In this document: in pieces, positions 9,704 to 19,347 of the stretch | Numbering within the stretch: position 1 is the first letter of the stretch | How the letters are laid out: each line of letters starts with the position of its first letter | Source: Burkholderiales bacterium | GTDB lineage: Bacteria; Pseudomonadota; Gammaproteobacteria; Burkholderiales; SG8-39 | Reading direction: 5' to 3' | Assembly: GCA_046160305.1 (NCBI GenBank) | Contig: JBJXGX010000305.1 | Location: forward strand, 17,322 to 81,321 | DNA length: 64,000 bases | Position numbers and translations under genes: made by a program | Notes under the pieces: model-generated | Told to the model about the DNA's origin: nothing | The model's database searches: none | The model's input: only the letters and a program-made list of their open reading frames with translations

Positions 9704-10492
9704 ATGAAAGAAACCGACAATCCCTACAACGTCCCGGGCCTCGAGCGCGGGATGCAGATCCTCATGTTGTTCGATCGCACGCGACCTGCGATCGGCGCGC
9801 CCGAGTTCGCACAGGCCCTGGGTATTCCACGCACCACGGTGTTTCGTTTGCTCCAGACGCTCCAGCATCTCAAATTGATCGTGGCCACCGAGAGCGGCGC
9901 CTATCGGCTCGGTCCGGCCGTGCTGCGGCTTGGGTTCGAGTACATCGCATCGATCGACCTGACCGAGCTGGCGCGGCCCATCGTGGAACGGCTGCGCGAT
10001 GCGACCGGGCTGCCCGCGCAACTGGTTATTCGCGATGATCGCGAGGTGGTTGTGGTGTTGCGCTTTGCGGGGACATCGGCGTTCGAGAGCAGCGTGAACG
10101 TCGGCACCCGAATGCCCGCGCACGCGACCATTCTCGGGCGCATGTTGCTGGCGGATCTCAACGCGGCGGAACTTCGCCGGCTCTACCCCGAGCGTGAGCT
10201 CAAGCGCTATTCGGCGCACACTCCGAAGAACGTCGCTGCCTTATCGAAGCTGCTCGAAGCCGATCGCGCACGGGGGTTCGCCGTGAGTGAGTCGTTTTAC
10301 GAGCGCGGTATTTCGGCGGTTGCCGCGCCGGTGCGGGACGATACCGGACGCATCGTCGCGGCGATCAGCGTCACCACGCAGCGCGAGTCGATTCCGGCGA
10401 GTGAGCGCACCGTGCTCATCAAGCAGGTCGTCACCGCGGCGGGCGAGCTGTCCGGTCAACTCAGCTATCGCGGCAGCCGTACCGCCGCCTGA
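9704..10492 (+). CDS. IclR family transcriptional regulator
   Basis: N-terminal HTH (GLERGMQIL...IPRTTVFRLL); GTRMPAHATILG; ISAVAAPVRD. Confidence 0.92.
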   Translation: MKETDNPYNVPGLERGMQILMLFDRTRPAIGAPEFAQALGIPRTTVFRLLQTLQHLKLIVATESGAYRLGPAVLRLGFEYIASIDLTELARPIVERLRDATGLPAQLVIRDDREVVVVLRFAGTSAFESSVNVGTRMPAHATILGRMLLADLNAAELRRLYPERELKRYSAHTPKNVAALSKLLEADRARGFAVSESFYERGISAVAAPVRDDTGRIVAAISVTTQRESIPASERTVLIKQVVTAAGELSGQLSYRGSRTAA

Positions 10493-10611
10493 CCGGAACC
10501 GACTCATGCCTTTCACCATTGACTTCCGTGGACCCATGGCAAACCTGTTTCCCGCGCTGTCCTCCTGCGCTCCCGGTAGCTTCATTCATTTCTTTGAAGG
10601 ACATCGTCCCC

Positions 10612-12300
10612 ATGGCTGATCGTATCGAGCGCATTGCCGTCGGCGAACTCATTGCACGGTTCCTGGAAGAGTGCGGCGCGACGGCCGCGTTCGGCGTCAT
10701 TTCGATCCACAACATGCCGATTCTGGATGCGTTCGGCCGGCGCGCCGAGCAGGCGAAAGCGAACGGCCGTCCCGCGCCGATCCGCTTCGTGCCGGCGCGA
10801 AGCGAACCCGGGGCGGTGAACATGGCCGATGCCTATGCACGCGTCGCGGGCCGGATCGGTGTCGCCGTCACCAGTACCGGCACCGCGGCGGGCAACGCGT
10901 GCGGCGCGATGGTCGAGGCGCTCAGCGCCGGCACACCGCTCCTGCATCTGACCGGGCAGATCGAGGTGCCGTACCTTGACCAGGATCTCGCCTACATTCA
11001 CGAAGCGCCCGCGCAACTCGATATGCTGAGGGCGGTTTCCAAAGCGGCCTTTCGCGTCCGGAGCGCCGACACCGCGCTTGGCACCTTGCGCGAGGCGGTG
11101 CGGATTGCGCTCACACCACCGCGCGGTCCGGTGAGTATCGAGATTCCGATCGATATTCAGTTGGCTGAAATCCCCATGCCTGCGTCGATTGCACCGGCGG
11201 CAATCGGCGTGGCCCAACCCAACGCGGCCGAGCTTGACTTGCTGGCCGAGCGACTCGCCGGCGCCAAGAGGCCGCTGCTCTGGCTGGGCGGTGGCGCGCG
11301 GCATGCCGCACGCGCGGTCAGACGCCTGCTCGATCTTGGATTCGGCGCGGTGACGAGCGTACAAGGCCGCGGCGTCATTGCCGAGGACGACCTCCGTTCC
11401 CTCGGTGCCTTCAATCTCTATGCGCCGGTCGAGCAGTTCTACGCGACCTGCGATGCCATGCTCGTCGTCGGCTCCCGGTTCCGCTCGAACGAGACGCTCA
11501 AGTACAAGCTGAAGCTGCCGCGCCCGTTGTTGCGTATCGACGTTGATCCGCAACAGCAGGGACGTTGCTATCCGGACGATTTGTTTATCGTGGCCGATAG
11601 CGTGCTCGCCCTCGACGGCCTTGCGGATCGGCTCACCGGCCGCATGAAGGTCGATCCTTCGTTCGCGCGCGATCTCGCCGCGGCACGGGCGGCCGCGGAG
11701 CGCGTCGTTATCGATGGGCTGGGTCCTTACCATGCGTTGCTCGCTGCGTTGCAACGCGCGGCGGGGCGCGACTTCATCTGGGTGCGGGACGTCACGGTGT
11801 CGAACAGCACCTGGGGCAATCGGAGCCTTAATATTTTCGGCCCACACGACGGCGTGCACGCGCTCGGGGGGGGCATCGGTCAAGGCGTGCAGATGGCCAT
11901 CGGTGCAGCCATCGCGGCCGGTGCGCGCAAGACGTTGTGCCTGGTGGGCGACGGCGGGCTGCAAGTCAATATCGGCGAGCTGGCCACCATGGTTCAGGAG
12001 AACGCGAACGTCGTCGTGATCGTGATGAACGATCGTGGCTATGGTGTGATCCGCAACATCCAGGATGCGCAATACGGCGGGCGCCGATATTTCGCCGATC
12101 TGCATACGCCTGATTTCGGCCTGCACGCGCAATCGATCGGCTTGCCGTATCGTCGGGTCGGCGATCTGGCAACGATCGCGACAACGCTTACCGAAGCGAT
12201 GGCGCGGACTGGACCGAACCTGATCGAAATCGATATGAATCAGATCGGCCCGTTCGCGAAGCAGTTCGCCGGCCCGCCGGTCAAGGAAGCTCGACCATGA
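10612..12300 (+). CDS. Thiamine pyrophosphate-dependent enzyme (acetolactate synthase-like fold)
   Basis: ARSEPGAVNMADAYAR with the catalytic Glu; GDGG...MNDRGYG ThDP-binding motif. Confidence 0.9.
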   Translation: MADRIERIAVGELIARFLEECGATAAFGVISIHNMPILDAFGRRAEQAKANGRPAPIRFVPARSEPGAVNMADAYARVAGRIGVAVTSTGTAAGNACGAMVEALSAGTPLLHLTGQIEVPYLDQDLAYIHEAPAQLDMLRAVSKAAFRVRSADTALGTLREAVRIALTPPRGPVSIEIPIDIQLAEIPMPASIAPAAIGVAQPNAAELDLLAERLAGAKRPLLWLGGGARHAARAVRRLLDLGFGAVTSVQGRGVIAEDDLRSLGAFNLYAPVEQFYATCDAMLVVGSRFRSNETLKYKLKLPRPLLRIDVDPQQQGRCYPDDLFIVADSVLALDGLADRLTGRMKVDPSFARDLAAARAAAERVVIDGLGPYHALLAALQRAAGRDFIWVRDVTVSNSTWGNRSLNIFGPHDGVHALGGGIGQGVQMAIGAAIAAGARKTLCLVGDGGLQVNIGELATMVQENANVVVIVMNDRGYGVIRNIQDAQYGGRRYFADLHTPDFGLHAQSIGLPYRRVGDLATIATTLTEAMARTGPNLIEIDMNQIGPFAKQFAGPPVKEARP

Positions 12301-12366
12301 GCGTCTTGATCCCCTGGACGATTCGCGCGTATCGACTCGGCCGCCCACACGATCCGCGGAGGAGAC

Positions 12367-14763
12367 ATGGCCAACCCTGGCGTAGCAATGGCGAATAACC
12401 CGACCGGCTCCTCCTTCATCGGCAGGCCGATGCGGCGCGTCGAGGACGATCGCCTGTTGCGCGGACACGGGCGCTTTCTCGCGGACTTGCAGGTGCCCGG
12501 TGCGTTGGTGGCGCTATTCGTTCGCAGCCCGCATGCCCACGCGCGCATCGGCCGGGTCGATGCATCGGGCGCGCGCGCGATGCCGGGCATCGTCGCGATC
12601 TTCACCGCGGCGGATGTTGCCGCGCGCACCGAGCCGATCTGCATCGCGGGCGAGGTCCACACACCGGAGCGGCTGCTGCGCGAGCTGAAGCCGATGGACC
12701 GCATCCATCCGATACCGCTCTTTCCTGCCGAACGCGTGACCTACGTCGGGCAACCCGTCGCGATGATCGTGGCCGAGAACCGGAACGCGGCGCTCGATGC
12801 GGCCGATCACATCAATATCGAATACCAGCCGCTTCCTGCTGTGCTCGATCCGGTCGCTGCGCTTACCGTCGATGCGCCGCTGGTCGAGCCGAGCTGGCAA
12901 AGCAATCTCGCGCTATCGGTCGCCACCGGTAAAGGCACACCGGAGGCGATTTTCGCGACCGCGCCGGTCGTGGTCGAGGAAGAAATCACCACGCATCGCT
13001 ATGCGGCCTCGCCGCTTGAGCCGCGCGGTATCCTCGCGACGGTCGAGCCCTTCGGCGGCAAGCTCATCGTGTGGGCAAGTACGCAGACCCCGCATGTGCT
13101 GCAGAACATTCTGGCCGGCTCGTTGCGTCAGTCGCCCGATAGTATCCGCGTGGTCGCCTGCGATGTCGGTGGTGGTTTTGGTCAGAAGGGCATCCAGTAT
13201 GTCGAGGACGTCCTGGTCACGTTCGCCGCCCGCGAGCTTGGCCGATCCGTGCGATGGGTCGAAGAGCGGACCGAAAATCTGGTCGCCGCGGCGCATGCCC
13301 GCGACCAGATCCATCGCATCGCCATCGCCGCGACCCAGGACGGAATGATCCTCGGCGTGCGCGACGACGTGCTGGTCAACTTCGGGGCCTTCAATGTCAT
13401 CGGTCTGGTCGTGCCGTACAACACGCTCTCGCATCTGCTTGGGGCGTATCACGTGCCGCACGCGCATATTTCGGTGAAGGGCGTCGTCACCCACACCTGC
13501 TTTACGACGCCTTATCGCGGCGCCGGACGCCCCGAGGCGGTGTTCGCGATGGAGCGCATCATCGATCGGCTCGCCGCGCGTCTGAACATGGAACCCGCCG
13601 ACGTGCGGGCGCGCAATCTCGTCCGGCCGGACGCGATGCCCTATGACACCGGGCTCTTGTATCGCGACGGCAATCCGCAGATCTACGATTCGGGCAACTT
13701 CCCCGAGCTGCTGCGACGCGCGCGGGCCATCGTCGCCTTGGACGCCTTTCGGGCGCAACAGACCGCATCGGTCCCGCCGGGCGGCATGCTGCGCGGCGTG
13801 GGCTTCGCGCTTTATGTGGAAGGTTCCGGAATGGGGCCGTTCGAAGGCGCGGTCGTCCACGTGCTGTCCTCGGGACGCGTTCAAGTGGCAACCGGTGCCT
13901 GCAGCCAAGGGCAGGGGCATCAGACGGCGTATGCGCAGATCACCGCTGACGCGCTTGGGGTCCCATTCGATTCGGTGGAGGTGATCGGTGGCGACACATC
14001 GACCATCGCGTTCGGCATCGGCACGATCGCCAGCCGCAGCACCGTGACCGCGGGAAATGCGATCAACCAGGCCGCGATCGCGGTGCGGGAGCGGGCGCTT
14101 GCGATCGGCTCGGAACTTTTGGAGGCCGCGGCGGCTGACCTGGAGCTGGTGGACGGAAACATCCGCATCAAGGGCATCGCCGAGCGCGCAATTCCGATCG
14201 CGCATATCGCACAGGCTGCGGCGCGCGCCGCGTTGCGACAAGGCGCGCCGGGCGATGGGCTGCTCGCGGAGACCGCGTACTTCAGCCCGCCGACCGTCAC
14301 CTATGCGAGCGCCGCGCACGCGGCCGTCGTCGCGGTCGATCCGGATACCGGCGTCGTGACCTTGGAGCGCTACATCGTGGTCCACGACTGCGGCCGCGTC
14401 GTGAATCCGCTGCTCGCCGACGGACAAGTCATCGGCGGGGTGGTGCAGGGCATCGGCGGCATCCTGCGCGAAGAGATGATCTACGATGCGAGCGGCCAAC
14501 CGCTGTCGGGCACACTGCAAGACTATGCGCTGCCGATCGCCACCGACATTCCCGATATTGAGCTCGATCATATCGAGAGCCTGTCGACCCGCAATCCGCT
14601 TGGCGTGAAAGGCCTCGGCGAAGGCGGCGCGATCGGGCCGCCCGCTGCGATTGCCAACGCGGTCGAAGACGCGTTGAAGTCGCTTGGCGTCGTTGTGCGC
14701 CGCGGGCCGCTCACGGCGCAGCGCGTACGCGAGCTGCTGCGCGCTGCGACCCATTCGAACTGA
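12367..14763 (+). CDS. Xanthine dehydrogenase family molybdopterin-binding large subunit (CoxL form II-like)
   Basis: RRVEDDRLLRG, VGGGFG, PYRGAGRPE, GQGHQT, KGLGEGG. Confidence 0.9.
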   Translation: MANPGVAMANNPTGSSFIGRPMRRVEDDRLLRGHGRFLADLQVPGALVALFVRSPHAHARIGRVDASGARAMPGIVAIFTAADVAARTEPICIAGEVHTPERLLRELKPMDRIHPIPLFPAERVTYVGQPVAMIVAENRNAALDAADHINIEYQPLPAVLDPVAALTVDAPLVEPSWQSNLALSVATGKGTPEAIFATAPVVVEEEITTHRYAASPLEPRGILATVEPFGGKLIVWASTQTPHVLQNILAGSLRQSPDSIRVVACDVGGGFGQKGIQYVEDVLVTFAARELGRSVRWVEERTENLVAAAHARDQIHRIAIAATQDGMILGVRDDVLVNFGAFNVIGLVVPYNTLSHLLGAYHVPHAHISVKGVVTHTCFTTPYRGAGRPEAVFAMERIIDRLAARLNMEPADVRARNLVRPDAMPYDTGLLYRDGNPQIYDSGNFPELLRRARAIVALDAFRAQQTASVPPGGMLRGVGFALYVEGSGMGPFEGAVVHVLSSGRVQVATGACSQGQGHQTAYAQITADALGVPFDSVEVIGGDTSTIAFGIGTIASRSTVTAGNAINQAAIAVRERALAIGSELLEAAAADLELVDGNIRIKGIAERAIPIAHIAQAAARAALRQGAPGDGLLAETAYFSPPTVTYASAAHAAVVAVDPDTGVVTLERYIVVHDCGRVVNPLLADGQVIGGVVQGIGGILREEMIYDASGQPLSGTLQDYALPIATDIPDIELDHIESLSTRNPLGVKGLGEGGAIGPPAAIANAVEDALKSLGVVVRRGPLTAQRVRELLRAATHSN

Positions 14764-14805
14764 TCCACCCTCACGATTCGTATCACGCACACACCCGGAG
14801 GACCC

Positions 14806-15795
14806 ATGAACCACACCTTTAGGCAACGTTCGACCTTGTTGGTGGGCGCGCTGCTCGGCGCCGCGCTCATGACCAGTGCTCTCGCCCAGTCGTTCCCATC
14901 GAAGCCGGTGCGGATCATCGTGTCGTATCCGCCGGGCGGTCCGGTCGATGCGCTCGCCCGGCCGCTTGCCGATGGCCTGCAGAAACTTTGGAACGGCAAC
15001 CCAGTGTTGGTCGAGAACCGGCCGGGCGCGAACGCCATCATCGGCACCGACTATGTTGCCAAGCAACCGGGCGATGGCCACACCTTGCTGCTTGCGAACG
15101 ATCCGTCCCTCTCGTCCAATCAGTACCTCTACAGCAAGCTTCCCTACGACCCGGTCAAGGATTTCGTGCCGGTCGCAGGGGTGGCCTCGACGACCTTGAT
15201 CCTGCTCGTGCCGCCCGGCCGGTCCTACGCGACATTCCAGCAACTCGTGGCCGGCGCGAAGGACAAACCCGGCACCTTGAGCTACGGCAGCATCGGCCCG
15301 GGCAGCGTCACGCATCTCGACGCCGAAGCGATGGCGAGCGCAGCCGGCGCCAAGCTCGTGCACGTCCCGTACAAGGGCACGGGCGAAGTCGTACCGGCGT
15401 TGCTCGCGGGGCAGATCGACATGGCGCTCTCGGCGATCGGCCCATCGCTTGGTCACATTCGCTCGGGCAAGCTGCGCGCGCTTGCGATCGCCAGCGGTCA
15501 ACGCAATCCGCTCCTGCCCGATGTGCCGACATTCAACGAGGCCGGCCTTGCGAACTTCGAGGCACGCTCGTGGTTCGCGCTTGCCGCGCCGACCGGCACG
15601 CCGCGGGCCGTGGTCGACAAGATTGCCGCCGATGTACGCAAGATCGTCGATGCCGCCGAGTACCGCGACAAGTACATCGCGGGCATGGGCCTTGACCCGC
15701 TGCCGCTTGGCCCCGACGCGTTCGCCAAATATCTCGACGCGGATCGGACGAAGTACGCTGAACGGGTGAAGAATGCCAACGTGCGGCTCGACTGA
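14806..15795 (+). CDS. Bug/TctC tripartite tricarboxylate transporter substrate-binding protein
   Basis: Signal peptide; PPGGPVD, ENRPGA, HVPYKG, PDVPT. Confidence 0.92.
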   Translation: MNHTFRQRSTLLVGALLGAALMTSALAQSFPSKPVRIIVSYPPGGPVDALARPLADGLQKLWNGNPVLVENRPGANAIIGTDYVAKQPGDGHTLLLANDPSLSSNQYLYSKLPYDPVKDFVPVAGVASTTLILLVPPGRSYATFQQLVAGAKDKPGTLSYGSIGPGSVTHLDAEAMASAAGAKLVHVPYKGTGEVVPALLAGQIDMALSAIGPSLGHIRSGKLRALAIASGQRNPLLPDVPTFNEAGLANFEARSWFALAAPTGTPRAVVDKIAADVRKIVDAAEYRDKYIAGMGLDPLPLGPDAFAKYLDADRTKYAERVKNANVRLD

Positions 15796-15829
15796 GGCGG
15801 GTCGCCGTGCCGCGTCATCGAACACCCCG

Positions 15830-16840
15830 ATGAGAATCGACATGCCAAGGATCGATATGCGAAGAATCGCGGTTGTGCAACGGCTTGCCGCGGTCGCTTT
15901 CGCTGCCGCCTGCGCCCCGGCTGGCGCCCAGGACTATCCGAGCAAGCCCGTGCGGATGATCCATCCGTATGTGGCCGGTGGCCCGGCGGAGCTGATCACG
16001 CGCACGGTAAGTGAGCGCATGGCGAAGGTGCTTGGGCAACCGCTCGTCGTAGAGTCCCGTCCCGGGGCCGCCGGGAGCATCGGGGCGGAACTCGTGGCAC
16101 GCGCGGCACCCGATGGCTACACGTTGCTCGTCTCGGTGAACTTTACGCTGGCGGCCAACCCGCACCTCTATCCGAACCTGCCGTTCGATCCGCTGAAGGA
16201 CTTCGCGCCGATCATTGCTCTGGCCGGCTACGACAGTGCGCTCATCATGCATCCGTCGATCCCCGCTAGCAATGTGCAGGCGTTGATCGCGCACCTGAAA
16301 GCGAATCCGGGCAAATTGAATTTCGCCTCGGCCGGCAAGGGCAGTCCGGGACATGTGCTGGGCGAGCTGTTCAAGCTAAAAACCGGGGTAGACCTCGTCC
16401 ACATCCCGTACAAAGGGAACGCGCCGGCGGTCCAGAGCGTCGTCGCCGGCGAATCGGCGATCATGTTCACGCCGACCACGGTTGCCACCCCGCTCGCCAA
16501 GGCGGGGCGCCTCCGTTTGCTTGCGGTGTACAACACCGAGCGCAATCCGGACTTCCCCGACGTGCCGACGCTCGAGAGCGAAGGCATCACCGGGTTCGAG
16601 CAGAAGGATCTGCCCGCCTGGTACGGTTGGCTCGCGCCGGCGGGCACACCGCAACCGATTATCGCGAAGCTCAATGCCGAGGCGAATCGAGCGCTGCGCG
16701 AGAAAGACATCGCCGATCTCCTGCAGGCGCGGGGCTTCATCCCGTTTGGCGGCACACCGGAGCAGTTCGGTGATCTGATCAAACGCTCCTATGCATCGTG
16801 GGGAAAGGTGATCCGCGATACCGGGATCAATGGCGAGTGA
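15830..16840 (+). CDS. Bug/TctC substrate-binding protein
   Basis: YPSKPVR, ESRPGA, PDGYTL, HIPYKG. The start could be 15830, 15842 or 15857. Confidence 0.9.
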   Translation: MRIDMPRIDMRRIAVVQRLAAVAFAAACAPAGAQDYPSKPVRMIHPYVAGGPAELITRTVSERMAKVLGQPLVVESRPGAAGSIGAELVARAAPDGYTLLVSVNFTLAANPHLYPNLPFDPLKDFAPIIALAGYDSALIMHPSIPASNVQALIAHLKANPGKLNFASAGKGSPGHVLGELFKLKTGVDLVHIPYKGNAPAVQSVVAGESAIMFTPTTVATPLAKAGRLRLLAVYNTERNPDFPDVPTLESEGITGFEQKDLPAWYGWLAPAGTPQPIIAKLNAEANRALREKDIADLLQARGFIPFGGTPEQFGDLIKRSYASWGKVIRDTGINGE

Positions 16841-17008
16841 TCAATCGTCGCATCGTCACCGCCCGAATGGCCCTGGATGTCGGTCTTACTGTTTGGCGCG
16901 TTCGCCCTTATGAAAGCCCGTAGCGCACGTAGCGTCGGCCATCAGGAATCTGCGCGGTCCGCCGCGCAGATTCCTAGTGCGCAGATTCACTCCCCGGAGG
17001 ATTCAATC

Positions 17009-17986
17009 ATGCATGCCGTTCTTCGTTTCACGCGGATCATTGTCATGGCAGCGCCGCTCGCCATCGCTCCGGCCATCGTATCGGCCCAACAGGACTATCC
17101 GGCCAAGCCCATCCGCGTCATCGTGCCGTTTCCGGCGGGCGGCTCGGCGGATCTCGTCGCCCGCACCGTCGGGCAGAAATTCAACGACAACACCAAGCAG
17201 CCGTTCATCGTGGAGAACCGCGCCGGTGCCGACACGATCATCGCGATGGATATGGTGAAGAACGCCCCCGCCGACGGCTACACGGTTGGCTATGCGATCG
17301 GCTCCGCGCTCACGATGAATCCGACCTTGTACACCAAGCTTCCCTACGATCCGGTCAAGGACTATGTGCCGGTGATGGTGATCGCCAACGTGCCGCTCGC
17401 GCTCGTCGTGCATCCTTCAATCCCCGCCAACAACGTTCAGGAGCTGGCCGCGCTCATCAAAGCGAAGCCGGGCGAGATCTTCTACGGGCAGGCGAACATC
17501 GTGGCGAAGATCGCGACCGAGGCGTTCTCGATGGCCGCCGGCGGCAAGATGACGGAAATCGCCTACAAGGGCAGCACGCCGAATGTGCAGGCGCTGTTGG
17601 TTGGCGAGGTGAAGGTGTCGATCGAGCCGGTTGCCACGGTACTGCCGCACGTCCAGGCGGGCAAGCTACGCGCGCTTGCGGTGACCGATAGCCGGCGTTC
17701 TGCCGCCTTTCCAGACTTGCCAACGATCGCGGAGGCCGGCATTTCGGGCTATGCGTTCAACAATTGGCACGCGATCATCGTCCCCGCCGGTACACCGAAA
17801 GACATCGTCACCCGGCTGCACGCGGAGATCACGAAGGCGGCGCGTCATCCGGACGTCGCGGCGAAGGTGCAACCGCTTGGTGTGGAGATTGTCGCCGGCA
17901 CGCCCGACGAGCTGCAAAAGCGCGTTGCTACCGAACGGGAGCACTGGGCCAAACAGATCAAGGCGATGGGAATTCGGCTCGACTGA
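17009..17986 (+). CDS. Bug/TctC substrate-binding protein
   Basis: GGAGG RBS; YPAKPIRVIVPFPAGGSAD, ENRAGA, PDLPT. Confidence 0.92.
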   Translation: MHAVLRFTRIIVMAAPLAIAPAIVSAQQDYPAKPIRVIVPFPAGGSADLVARTVGQKFNDNTKQPFIVENRAGADTIIAMDMVKNAPADGYTVGYAIGSALTMNPTLYTKLPYDPVKDYVPVMVIANVPLALVVHPSIPANNVQELAALIKAKPGEIFYGQANIVAKIATEAFSMAAGGKMTEIAYKGSTPNVQALLVGEVKVSIEPVATVLPHVQAGKLRALAVTDSRRSAAFPDLPTIAEAGISGYAFNNWHAIIVPAGTPKDIVTRLHAEITKAARHPDVAAKVQPLGVEIVAGTPDELQKRVATEREHWAKQIKAMGIRLD

Positions 17987-18045
17987 GCCCGCCATCGGAC
18001 GTGCATTGGGGGTGTGCATGGGGCCATGCCTCGGCGAAGCGAATG

Positions 18046-18591
18046 TTATGCGGCGAGCGGCGTAGGATCATCGGCCGGCGGGTCGATCTTGAAGGTGCCG
18101 GCCGTGATGCACGTCATCGAAAAACTGCCCACGGTCGCGACGAGCGCTACCATGTCTTCCACGCCCATGACTTTCTCGGCGGCGGCGTAGGATTCGTCGC
18201 CCAGCCCTTTGTTGGCGAGGATGTCGCGTGCGGTGGTGAAACAGATGCGCTCGCGTGCGTTGGGCAGGTCCGGAGCCTTGCGTGCATTGATGGCATCTAT
18301 GATCGACTGCTCGACGCCGACGGCGAGTGATCCGCGCACCTGCGCGAACCATGGATACCGGGCATTCCAGTGCCGCGCGACGGTGATGTTCACGATCTGC
18401 TGTTCGCGCTTGGACAGCGGTCCGGAACCGATGCAAGTGCGCATGTTTTGGGCCGCCTCGAAAACTTTTGGCAGGCGGATGTAGGCGTAGTACGGGCCAC
18501 CGACGATGCCGCTCGTTGCCTTGGCTGCGTCATAGACGCGTCCCTGTTCGGCGTTCATCTCGGTGCGGTCCAGAATCTTGATGCGTGCCAT
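18046..18591 (-). CDS. Carboxymuconolactone decarboxylase/AhpD-like protein
   Basis: GGPY, LSKREQQIVNITVARHW, MVALVATVG pattern; GAGGAG RBS. Confidence 0.7.
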   Translation of the reverse strand: MARIKILDRTEMNAEQGRVYDAAKATSGIVGGPYYAYIRLPKVFEAAQNMRTCIGSGPLSKREQQIVNITVARHWNARYPWFAQVRGSLAVGVEQSIIDAINARKAPDLPNARERICFTTARDILANKGLGDESYAAAEKVMGVEDMVALVATVGSFSMTCITAGTFKIDPPADDPTPLAA

Positions 18592-18788
18592 GTGTGGTCT
18601 CCTCGGGATTGGATGTGGGCGCAAGGGTACCAGTGCTGTCCGGATCGTGCGGGCCGCGAATCCGGCTCACCTGGCGTATCGTTGCGCCGTGCGCTCGCGA
18701 TATCCCACCGAGTGCCACCGCCGCGTCGACTGCTCCCGACTTGGGCAGAACGCGTAAATCGTGATCCACCTATCAGGAAGGAGACATC

Positions 18789-19217
18789 ATGAAGCCGAAG
18801 ACCGACGAAGAATATGTGCATCTCAATTCGCTGGCTTGGAAGGCATTCCCCGACGCATTCTCAGGGGGCGGCATTCGATGGAAACTGCTCCATGTATCGC
18901 CCGAGCAGGGTGCCTGGACCGCGATCTTCGATTGCCCGAAGGGCTCATCGTTCGCACCGCACGTCCATGCGGGACCGGGCGAGTACTTCTTGACCAAGGG
19001 CAGAATGGATGTGCGCGGCGGCAAGGCGGCCGGCGGTGATACGGCCGTTGCACCGGGTTACGGCTTCGAGTCGTCCGGCGCGCGCCACGACAAGACCTAC
19101 TTCCCCGAGGACAGCGAGTTCTATATGACGTTCCTCGGGCCGCTCACATTCATCAAACCGGACGGCTCGCCGATCGCCGTGATCGGTTGGGCCGAGGCAC
19201 AGGGCGCCTGGGGTTAA
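18789..19217 (+). CDS. dke1: Acetylacetone-cleaving diketone dioxygenase (Dke1-like cupin)
   Basis: WTAIFDCPKGSSFAPHVHAGPGEYFLTKG, GFESSGARH, FYMTFLGPL, IGWAEAQGAW closely match the recalled Acinetobacter Dke1 sequence, including the 3-His iron site. Confidence 0.85.
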   Translation: MKPKTDEEYVHLNSLAWKAFPDAFSGGGIRWKLLHVSPEQGAWTAIFDCPKGSSFAPHVHAGPGEYFLTKGRMDVRGGKAAGGDTAVAPGYGFESSGARHDKTYFPEDSEFYMTFLGPLTFIKPDGSPIAVIGWAEAQGAWG

Positions 19218-19228
19218 GGGGCGACGTG

Positions 19229-19262
19229 GCGCGAGGCCGCGTGAATCTTGCGGGCCTCGCGC
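19229..19262 (+). terminator. GC-rich hairpin after dke1 (possible terminator or mRNA stabiliser)
   Basis: GCGCGAGGCCGC...GCGGGCCTCGCGC; no clear U tract. Confidence 0.35.
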
Positions 19263-19347
19263 GCGGCAGGTTGAGGTGTCTGCAGCAATTCAACAAACGG
19301 CGGTTCGTTCAACGCAATTTTGCTCGCCATCGGGCGGGAGAGGGGAT

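Noticed and set aside
12367-14763. Aerobic CO dehydrogenase (form I CoxL)
   Set aside because: The active-site loop is PYRGAGR, not AYxCSFR, and there are no coxM/coxS or accessory genes.
12913-15843. 976-aa minus-strand ORF and other long antisense ORFs (4969-6468, 7145-8605, 10582-12468, 54089-55282)
   Set aside because: They are shadow frames of well-supported genes in high-GC DNA and contain no recognisable motifs.
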